Source: an uncultured Eubacteriales bacterium (GTDB lineage Bacteria; Bacillota; Clostridia; Oscillospirales; Oscillospiraceae). From it: 64,000 nt of DNA. Made by a program: the position numbers and the translations under genes. Location of the stretch: assembly GCA_949289455.1 (NCBI GenBank), contig CASEOA010000021.1:5282-69281 (forward strand), given 5' to 3'. Shown here one piece after another: positions 56,625 through 64,000 of the stretch. Position 1 is the stretch's first letter. Every line of letters begins with the position of its first letter. The notes under the pieces are model-generated. The model had not been told where the DNA came from, searched no databases, and saw only the letters and a program-made list of their open reading frames with translations.

Positions 56625-58112
56625 ATGCAAGTGATGCAAGCGAGAGCCAGCGGGATTCTGCTGCCCGTCTTTTCCCTGCCGGGGCCCTACGGCATCGGCA
56701 CCCTGGGTCAGCCCGCCCGGCGTTTTATTGACTTTTTGGCGGAGGGCGGCCAGAAATTCTGGCAGATCCTGCCCCTGGTGCCCCCTGGCGGCGGAGACTC
56801 CCCCTACATGTCCGCCTCCTCCTTTGCGGGAAATCCCATGTTCCTGGACCTGGATGAGCTGGCCCAGGAGGGGCTGCTCACTTGGGAGGAGCTGAACACC
56901 GCCCGCCGGGACGACCCGGATCGGGTGGACTATGCCTGGCTGCACGCCACCCGTATGCCCCTGCTCCGCCGCGCCTTTGAGCGGGGCCGGCAGAAATACG
57001 CCGCTCAGCTGGCCAAGTTCGCGCTGGAGGAGGAGGACTGGCTCCCTGATTACGCCCTCTTCCTGGCCCTCAGGGCCCACTTTGACGGCAAGGAGCTGGC
57101 GGCCTGGCCCGATGAGGCCCGGCTGCGCCGGCCGGCGGCCATGGCGGCCTATCGGGCGGAGCTGGCGGATGAATGTGAATTCCAGGTCTTTTTGCAGTAT
57201 CTCTTCTTCCGCCAGTGGACAGCGGTAAAGTCCTATGCCAACTCCAAGGGCGTGTCCATCATCGGGGATCTGCCTATCTACGTCTCCCCGGACAGCGCCG
57301 AGGTGTGGGGCAATCCGGAGCTCTTCCAGCTCAAGGAGGATATGCGCCCCTCCTGCGTGGCCGGGGTGCCCCCAGACGCCTTCTCGGACGTGGGCCAGCA
57401 CTGGGGCAACCCCTTGTACGACTGGGACTATCACAAAAAGACCGGCTTTGCCTGGTGGAAGCGGCGGGGCGCTCAGATGGCCCGGCTGTACGACGTGGTG
57501 CGCATTGATCACTTCCGTGCCTTCCATACCTACTGGTCCATCCCCCAGGGGGCCAAGGATGCCCGGGAGGGCCACTGGGAGAAGGGGCCCGGAGACGCTC
57601 TGCTCAATGTGCTGAAAAAGGTGCCCGGCCTGGCCCTCATTGCCGAGGACCTGGGAGACCTGGACGCCGATGCCCTGGCCTACATCGCCAAAAGCGGCCT
57701 GCCCGGTATGAAGGTGCTGGTCTATGCCTTCGACCCGGTGGGGGAGAGCGCCTATCTGCCCCACAACTGCCCCCGGGACGCGGTGATCTACACCGGTACC
57801 CACGACACCCCCACCTTTGTCCAGTGGCTGTTTACCGAGGCCAGCCCTGCCGAGCGGCAGTACGCCTTTGACTACCTGCGGCTGCGGGAGGACGAGGGCT
57901 ACGGTTGGGGAGCCGTGTGCGGGGCCTGGATGTCCCCCTGCCGGCTGGCGATTGCCCCCTTCCAGGACCTGCTGGGCCTGGGAGGCGACGCCCGGGTCAA
58001 CGCCCCCGGCACCATGGGCCCCCAGAACTGGTCCTGGCGGGTGCGGGCTGACGCATTCAACCCCTCGGTGTCCGGAAAACTGGCCCACATTACCCGTACC
58101 TACCGCCGCTGA
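56625..58112 (+). CDS. malQ: 4-alpha-glucanotransferase (GH77), copy 2
   Basis: WQILPL, GDLPIY, GQHWGNP, RIDHFR, IAEDLG, GTHD. Confidence 0.95.
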   Translation: MQVMQARASGILLPVFSLPGPYGIGTLGQPARRFIDFLAEGGQKFWQILPLVPPGGGDSPYMSASSFAGNPMFLDLDELAQEGLLTWEELNTARRDDPDRVDYAWLHATRMPLLRRAFERGRQKYAAQLAKFALEEEDWLPDYALFLALRAHFDGKELAAWPDEARLRRPAAMAAYRAELADECEFQVFLQYLFFRQWTAVKSYANSKGVSIIGDLPIYVSPDSAEVWGNPELFQLKEDMRPSCVAGVPPDAFSDVGQHWGNPLYDWDYHKKTGFAWWKRRGAQMARLYDVVRIDHFRAFHTYWSIPQGAKDAREGHWEKGPGDALLNVLKKVPGLALIAEDLGDLDADALAYIAKSGLPGMKVLVYAFDPVGESAYLPHNCPRDAVIYTGTHDTPTFVQWLFTEASPAERQYAFDYLRLREDEGYGWGAVCGAWMSPCRLAIAPFQDLLGLGGDARVNAPGTMGPQNWSWRVRADAFNPSVSGKLAHITRTYRR

Positions 58113-58145
58113 ATAGTACCATAGAGCCATAGGAATTGTTGAAAT

Positions 58146-58179
58146 TGCGCCTGCCGCCCCGCCGCGGCAGGCGCATTTT
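58146..58179 (+). terminator. malQ2 terminator
   Basis: TGCGCCTGCCGC...GCGGCAGGCGCATTTT. Confidence 0.7.
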
Positions 58180-58316
58180 CGTCAGTTATTCCTTCTGAAT
58201 ACGGAATTTCCCGCATTTTATTGGAATAGGCTTGTAATAAAATTAGTTTTGATATATTATTATGGGTGCGAAATTCTGAATGAAATGAAACAGGGTAAAG
58301 GATACCAGGTGAGTAT

Positions 58317-61253
58317 ATGAGTCTTCGGATTGGAATTGACATTGGCTCCACCACGGTCAAGGTGGTGGTACTGGACGAGGGGAACCAGCTGCTGTTCCGC
58401 TCCTACGAGCGGCACTACTCCAAGGCCCGGGAGCGGGCGGCGGAGACCCTGCGTTCCATTGAGGAGAAGCTGCGGGGCCAGCAGGTGCGCATCGCCATCA
58501 CCGGCTCCGCCGGCCTGGGTGTGGCCAAGGCGGCGGGCATCGACTTCGTGCAGGAGGTGTACGCCACCGCCGCCGCTGTCAACACATTTATCCCGGACAC
58601 CGACGCGGTTATTGAGCTGGGGGGCGAGGACGCCAAGATCATCTTCTTCGGCGGCGCTCTGGAGGAGCGGATGAACGGCTCCTGCGCCGGGGGTACCGGC
58701 GCTTTCATCGACCAGATGGCCACCCTGATGAACGTGACGGTGGATGAGCTGGATGCGCTTTCCATGAAGCATGAGAAAATCTATCCCATCGCCTCTCGCT
58801 GCGGCGTGTTTGCCAAGAGCGATATCCAGCCCATCCTCAACCAGGGCGGGCGGAAGGAGGATGTGGCCGCCTCCATCTTCCAGGCGGTGGTGGACCAGAC
58901 GGTGGCCGGCCTGACCCAGGGCCGGGAGCTGAAGGGCAAGATCGTCTTTCTGGGCGGGCCCCTCCACTTCATCGCCGGTCTGCGCCAGCGGTTTGTGGAG
59001 ACCCTGAAGCTGGACGAGGAGCACGCCATCTTCCCCGAGGACGGGGACTGCTTTGCCGGCATCGGCGCCGCCCTGTGCGCCACCGACTTTGACGAGTGCT
59101 CCTTTGACGACATGCTGGAGCGGCTGGAGAAGAGTGTGGACAGCGTGGGCCTGGTGGACACCATGGAGCCCCTGTTCAGCAGCCAGGCCGATTACGACGC
59201 CTTCCTGGCCCGGCACAACGCCATGCATCCCCCGGAGGTGGATATCCACACCTATTCCGGCGATGCCTGGCTGGGCATTGATGCCGGTTCCACCACTACC
59301 AAGATGGCCCTCATCACCGCCGACGGCGGGCTGCTGTACACCTATTACCAGTCCAACCTGGGCAACCCGGTGGCGGTGGTGCTGGACCAGATGCGGAAAA
59401 TTTACCCCCTGTGCGGCGACCGGATCACCATCAAGGGCGCGGCGGTTACCGGCTACGGCGAGGACCTGATCAAAAACGCCTTCAACTGCGACGCCGGTCT
59501 GGTGGAGACTGTGGCCCACTACAAGGCGGCCGCCCACTTCAACCCCGACGTGGACTTTATCATCGACATCGGCGGCCAGGACATGAAGTGCTTCAAGATC
59601 CGCAACGGCGCGGTGGACTCCATCATGCTCAACGAGGCCTGCTCTTCCGGCTGTGGCTCCTTCATCGAGACCTTTGCCAAGGCCCTGGGCTACAACATTG
59701 CCGACTTTTCCAAGCTGGGCCTGCTGGCCAAGCACCCGGTAAACCTGGGCTCCCGGTGCACCGTGTTCATGAACTCCTCCGTGAAGCAGGCCCAGAAGGA
59801 TGGGGCCAGCGTGGAGGACATTTCCGCCGGCCTGTCCATCTCCATCGTGAAAAATGCGGTGTACAAGGTCATCCGGGCGGCCTCCGCCGACGACCTGGGC
59901 CAGCACATCGTGGTCCAGGGCGGCACCTTCCACAACGACGCGGTGCTCCGGGCCTTTGAGCTGGAGCTGGGCCGCAACGTGACCCGGCCCACCATTTCGG
60001 GCATCATGGGGGCTTTTGGCGCCGCCCTGTTCGCCCGGGACCTCCACCTGGACAAGAGCGCCATCCTGCCGGAGGCGGCCCTGGCTACCTTCAGCCACAC
60101 CGCCAAGCCCACCACCTGCAACCTGTGCACCAACCACTGCTCCCTCACCGTCAACACCTTTGACGGCGGCCGCCGGTTCATTTCGGGCAACCGCTGTTCC
60201 CGCCCCCTGGGCAAGCCCAAGGCGGAGAACCCCGACCTGATGGTGTACAAGTACAAAAAGCTCCGCGCCCTGGAGGGCAAGGGCTCCGGCACCGGGGTCC
60301 GGGGAAAGATGGGCATTCCCTTCGGCCTGAATATGTACGAAAACCTGCCCTTCTGGTTTACCTTCTTCACCCACCTGAACTTTGAGGTGGTGCTCTCTCC
60401 CGAGTCCTCCCGCAAGCTCTATCTGAAGGGGCAGCACACCATCCCCTCGGATACGGTGTGTTATCCCGCCAAGCTGCTCCACGGCCATGTGGAGGCCCTG
60501 GTGGAGGCGGGCGTGGACGCCATCTGGTACCCCTGCATGTCCTACAACAACGACGAGGGCATCGGGGACAATCACTACAACTGCCCGGTGGTGGCCTATT
60601 ACCCCGAGCTGCTGGCCGCCAACGTGCCCCTGCTGAAGCAGACCAAGTTCCTCAACCCCTATGTGGGCCTGTGGCGCCACAAGGACTTTGGCAAGCGGAT
60701 CTCCAAGCTGCTGGGGGAGGAGTTCAACATCCCCCGGCGGGAGGTGGAGTCAGCGGTCAAGGCGGCCTATGCCGCCTACGAGGCCTACGTGCACGATATC
60801 CGGGAGACCGGCAAGCTGTACATCGAATATGCCCGGGCCAACCACATGCCCATCATCGTGGCCTGCGGCCGTCCCTACCACATTGATCCGGAGATCAACC
60901 ACGGCATCAACGACCTGATCACCTCCTTTGGCTTCGTGCTGGTCACCGAGGATGCCCTCAGCTATCTGGAGGGCTACGCCCCTCGGAAGGTGCTCAACCA
61001 GTGGACCTTCCAGTCCCGGATGTACAATGCCGCCCGGTATGTGTGTACCCAGCCCGACATGCAGGTGGTGCAGCTGGTGAGCTTCGGCTGCGGCACCGAC
61101 GCCATCACCACCGACGAGCTGCGGGATATCCTGGAGAGCGGCGGCAAGCTGTACACCCAGCTGAAGATCGACGACATCAGCAACCTGGGGGCGGTGCGCA
61201 TCCGGGTGCGCTCCCTGATGGCCGCTATGGACGCCCGGCAGGCCCGTCAGTGA
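58317..61253 (+). CDS. CoA-substrate enzyme activase: two ASKHA (BadF/BcrA-D) ATPase domains + DUF2229
   Basis: GIDIGSTT and GIDAGSTT, MNGSCAGGTG, LNEACSSGCG, RCGVF/RCTVF, CxxCxNxC..GNRC, CYPAK, GRPYH. Confidence 0.9.
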   Translation: MSLRIGIDIGSTTVKVVVLDEGNQLLFRSYERHYSKARERAAETLRSIEEKLRGQQVRIAITGSAGLGVAKAAGIDFVQEVYATAAAVNTFIPDTDAVIELGGEDAKIIFFGGALEERMNGSCAGGTGAFIDQMATLMNVTVDELDALSMKHEKIYPIASRCGVFAKSDIQPILNQGGRKEDVAASIFQAVVDQTVAGLTQGRELKGKIVFLGGPLHFIAGLRQRFVETLKLDEEHAIFPEDGDCFAGIGAALCATDFDECSFDDMLERLEKSVDSVGLVDTMEPLFSSQADYDAFLARHNAMHPPEVDIHTYSGDAWLGIDAGSTTTKMALITADGGLLYTYYQSNLGNPVAVVLDQMRKIYPLCGDRITIKGAAVTGYGEDLIKNAFNCDAGLVETVAHYKAAAHFNPDVDFIIDIGGQDMKCFKIRNGAVDSIMLNEACSSGCGSFIETFAKALGYNIADFSKLGLLAKHPVNLGSRCTVFMNSSVKQAQKDGASVEDISAGLSISIVKNAVYKVIRAASADDLGQHIVVQGGTFHNDAVLRAFELELGRNVTRPTISGIMGAFGAALFARDLHLDKSAILPEAALATFSHTAKPTTCNLCTNHCSLTVNTFDGGRRFISGNRCSRPLGKPKAENPDLMVYKYKKLRALEGKGSGTGVRGKMGIPFGLNMYENLPFWFTFFTHLNFEVVLSPESSRKLYLKGQHTIPSDTVCYPAKLLHGHVEALVEAGVDAIWYPCMSYNNDEGIGDNHYNCPVVAYYPELLAANVPLLKQTKFLNPYVGLWRHKDFGKRISKLLGEEFNIPRREVESAVKAAYAAYEAYVHDIRETGKLYIEYARANHMPIIVACGRPYHIDPEINHGINDLITSFGFVLVTEDALSYLEGYAPRKVLNQWTFQSRMYNAARYVCTQPDMQVVQLVSFGCGTDAITTDELRDILESGGKLYTQLKIDDISNLGAVRIRVRSLMAAMDARQARQ

Positions 61254-61287
61254 CCGGACGATAGCATGAGCGAAAGGACAAAGTTCA

Positions 61288-62601
61288 ATGGCTGAATTAG
61301 TATATGACAAGACCGGCCGCCTTCTGTTTACCAAGGAGATGAAGGAGGAGTACACCATCCTCTTTCCCACCATGCTGCCGGTGCATTTCGGATTGATCGC
61401 CAAGATATTTCAAATGGAAGGCTACAAACTGGAGATGCTCACCACCAACCACCGCAACATTGTGGACGAGGGGCTGAAGTATGTCCACAACGATACCTGC
61501 TATCCCGCCCTGCTGGTCATCGGCCAGCTCATCGACGCGGTGAAAAGCGGCAAGTACGACCCCCACAAGGTGGCTCTGCTCATTACCCAGACCGGCGGCG
61601 GCTGCCGGGCCTCCAACTACATCCACCTGCTGCGCAAGGCGCTGGTCAAGGCGGGGCTGGAGTACATCCCGGTGATTTCGCTGAATCTGTCCGGCCTGGA
61701 GCACAACCCCGGCTTCAAGCTGGATCTGAGCTCTCTGCGCAAGGCGGTCTTTGCCCTGGTGTACGGCGATATCATCGTCCAGTGCGCCAATCAGGTGCGG
61801 CCCTACGAGGTGAACCCCGGCCAGACCGAGCGTACCATCAAGCGGATGGAGGGTTTTCTGCTGGGGCAGATGAAGCGGGGCCGGGGCCTCAACTTCAAGA
61901 GCATGGTCAAGCACTTCGACCACATCGTGGCCGCCTTCAAGGCTGTCCCCGTCCACGGGGAGCCCAAGGTCCGGGTGGGCGTGGTCGGTGAGATTTACAT
62001 CAAATACTCCCCCCTGGGCAATAATAATCTGGAGCAGTTCCTGCTGGACGAAGGGGCGGAGCCGGTGGTGCCCGGCCTTACCGACTTCATTATCTTCAAA
62101 ATCTACAACCGGGAAGTGGATGTGGACATCTACGGGGGCAAGTGGGCTAAAAAGGCGGCCTGCGGCGCCTTCCGCCACTATGTGGAAAAGTGCGAGCAGG
62201 CCATGGTGGACGCCATGAAGCGGGGCGGCTTCCGGGCCCCCGGCACCTTTTCCGACCTCCGCCGCCTGATCCAGGGCTACCTGGGGGAGGGCAACAAGAT
62301 GGGGGAGGGATGGCTGCTCACCGCCGAGATGCTGGAGCTCATCCACTCCGGCACCCCCAACATCGTGTGCACCCAGCCCTTCGGCTGCCTGCCCAACCAT
62401 ATCGTGGGCAAGGGCATGATCCGTAAGCTAAAGGACGACTATCCCAACTCCAATATTGTGGCCATCGACTACGACCCCGGCGCCACCAAGATCAACCAGG
62501 AGAACCGCATCAAGCTGATGCTGGCCAACGCCAGAGGCCTGGCCAAGCAGGAGGCGGAGCGGCAGCAGAAGGAGCAGGCCGGGGAGGCCGTCCATGCCTG
62601 A
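61288..62601 (+). CDS. 2-hydroxyacyl-CoA dehydratase-like subunit
   Basis: NDTCYPA, QTGGGCRASNY, VGVVGEIY, GEGWLL, QPFGCLPNH; own GAAAGGA RBS. Confidence 0.85.
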   Translation: MAELVYDKTGRLLFTKEMKEEYTILFPTMLPVHFGLIAKIFQMEGYKLEMLTTNHRNIVDEGLKYVHNDTCYPALLVIGQLIDAVKSGKYDPHKVALLITQTGGGCRASNYIHLLRKALVKAGLEYIPVISLNLSGLEHNPGFKLDLSSLRKAVFALVYGDIIVQCANQVRPYEVNPGQTERTIKRMEGFLLGQMKRGRGLNFKSMVKHFDHIVAAFKAVPVHGEPKVRVGVVGEIYIKYSPLGNNNLEQFLLDEGAEPVVPGLTDFIIFKIYNREVDVDIYGGKWAKKAACGAFRHYVEKCEQAMVDAMKRGGFRAPGTFSDLRRLIQGYLGEGNKMGEGWLLTAEMLELIHSGTPNIVCTQPFGCLPNHIVGKGMIRKLKDDYPNSNIVAIDYDPGATKINQENRIKLMLANARGLAKQEAERQQKEQAGEAVHA

Positions 62602-63154
62602 GCTCCACTTTGTGGACGCCTCCACCGAGGCGCATTTTAAAGCCATGAGCGCCATCCACTGCCGGGGCTGGCGGACCGCTTACCGGGGAGCTGTGCCGGA
62701 TGACTACCTCAGAGAGGTCATCACCGAGGAGCACTGGGTGCCTTATTTCCGGGATGACTATAGTACCAAGCGATGCAAAGGCCTTTTGCTTTACGAAAAT
62801 GACCATCCGGTGGCCTGCTGTACTTACGGCCCCATCCGTTCCGGTTCCAGTCCCCGCCAGAGCGCAGAAATGGTAATTGATTCCTCAAACTACCCCGGTT
62901 GGGGTGAGGTAATCTCCCTTTATACAGAGCCTGGCAGAACCAGTTCCGGGTTTGGAGGGATTCTGCTGGAGGAGGCTGTGGATCGTTTGCGGGCGGCGGG
63001 CTATCCCGGCTGTACCCTGTTTGTGCTGGAGGAGAACCAGGGGGCCAGGCGGTTCTACGAGCGCCACGGTTTTTCCTGGGATGGTACGGTTCAGCTGGTG
63101 CCCTTTCCCCATGGGATAGTGTGCCGCGATCTGAGATATGTAAAAACGCTATAA
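62594..63154 (+). CDS. GNAT family N-acetyltransferase
   Basis: W..AYRG..P, EV.SLY..P....GFG, L.VLEEN..ARRFYE..GF. Confidence 0.88.
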   Translation: MPELHFVDASTEAHFKAMSAIHCRGWRTAYRGAVPDDYLREVITEEHWVPYFRDDYSTKRCKGLLLYENDHPVACCTYGPIRSGSSPRQSAEMVIDSSNYPGWGEVISLYTEPGRTSSGFGGILLEEAVDRLRAAGYPGCTLFVLEENQGARRFYERHGFSWDGTVQLVPFPHGIVCRDLRYVKTL

Positions 63155-63240
63155 CGCCCCCCGGGCTGCCACGCCGAGGGGGAGAATACAATCGGGGCGT
63201 GCGTCTGCACGCCCTGATTTTGTCTTTAAGGGGGAATTCT

Positions 63241-64000
63241 GTGGAGGAAAATAAAATGGGGGTCATGCCGGTACGCCGGCTGGTGCTGAGCATGTCCTGG
63301 CCCATGGCCCTGTCCATGCTGATTCAGGCTTTGTACAACCTGGTGGACAGCCTGTTTGTGGTGCGGCTGAGCCGGGACGGGTTTGAGGCCCTGGCCCTGG
63401 TGTACCCGGTGCAGATGCTGATGGTGGCGGTGTGCGTGGGCACCGGCGTGGGGTTCAACGCCCTGCTGGCCCGCCGCCTGGGCCAGCGGCGGCAGCGGGA
63501 CGCGGAGCGGGTGGCCGCCAACGGCTACTTTGTGTATACCATGTGCTGGCTGGGCTTTCTGGTGCTGGGGGTGGGCTTTGCCCGGCCCTTTCTGACTCTG
63601 TTCTCCAATGTGCCCCAGCAGGTGGAATATGGAGCCCAGTACCTGACCATCGTCACCGGCCTGTCCATCGGGGTGTGTATGCAGTTTGCCGGGGAGCGAA
63701 CCCTCCAGGCCACCGGGGACATGGTGGGCCCCATGCTGATCCAAGGCATTGGAGCGGTGGTCAACCTGGTGCTGGACCCCCTGCTCATCTTCGGCATCGG
63801 CCCCTTTCCCCGGCTGGAGGTGGCGGGAGCCGCCCTGGCCACGGTGATGGGCCAACTGGTAGGGTTGGCCGCCGGCTTTTTCCTGGTAAAGCGCAGCAAG
63901 CTCATCCGCCTGTCCTTCCGAGGGTTCCGGCCGGACGGGGAGATCATCCGGGCCATCTTCAAGGTGGGCTTTCCCGCTATCCTCATGCAGGCCCTGTCCA
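63241..64000 (+). CDS. MATE family efflux transporter, 3' partial
   Basis: GTG start with AAGGGGG RBS: MEENKMGVMPV.RL...MSWP..LSMLIQALYNLVDSLFV; NLVLDPLLIFG, GAALATV. Confidence 0.92.
   Translation, partial: MEENKMGVMPVRRLVLSMSWPMALSMLIQALYNLVDSLFVVRLSRDGFEALALVYPVQMLMVAVCVGTGVGFNALLARRLGQRRQRDAERVAANGYFVYTMCWLGFLVLGVGFARPFLTLFSNVPQQVEYGAQYLTIVTGLSIGVCMQFAGERTLQATGDMVGPMLIQGIGAVVNLVLDPLLIFGIGPFPRLEVAGAALATVMGQLVGLAAGFFLVKRSKLIRLSFRGFRPDGEIIRAIFKVGFPAILMQALS

Noticed and set aside
61251-61290. Selenocysteine readthrough or pseudogenisation at the activase TGA
   Set aside because: The downstream gene is in a different frame with its own RBS and both ORFs look intact

Overview
A GC-rich, core-chromosome segment from an anaerobic, probably spore-forming clostridial gut bacterium. 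An Oscillospiraceae-like host (Flavonifractor/Intestinimonas group) is inferred from an SLH-domain protein, lysine-fermentation kal, a clostridial ferredoxin and the high GC content. Housekeeping content: tRNA-Ser(GGA), frameshift-free prfB, leuS, murC, cca, hemW, an FMN-riboswitch-led ribD-ribE-ribBA-ribH operon, topB, murB-rapZ-yvcK-whiA-dnaE-cls, a clpC-like gene, two malQ paralogs and a two-gene 2-hydroxyacyl-CoA dehydratase activase system. The main accessory block (29.3-41.3 kb) is a sialic acid catabolic cluster. It combines a Firmicutes-type ABC importer, nanA and RpiR regulator with a Bacteroides-type AGE epimerase route, an atypical 459-aa ROK kinase and an SGNH esterase. It ends in an ABC ATPase gene whose only strong Shine-Dalgarno lies 115 nt upstream of the ATG, across a multi-hairpin, possibly switchable RNA leader. 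Other points of interest are an inverted-repeat-flanked promoter, a phased WalR-like box array, a near-consensus promoter antisense to murC, several unannotated small proteins and a REP mosaic. I saw no integrase, transposase, prophage or CRISPR array. All calls are from manual reading; no searches or folding programs were run.
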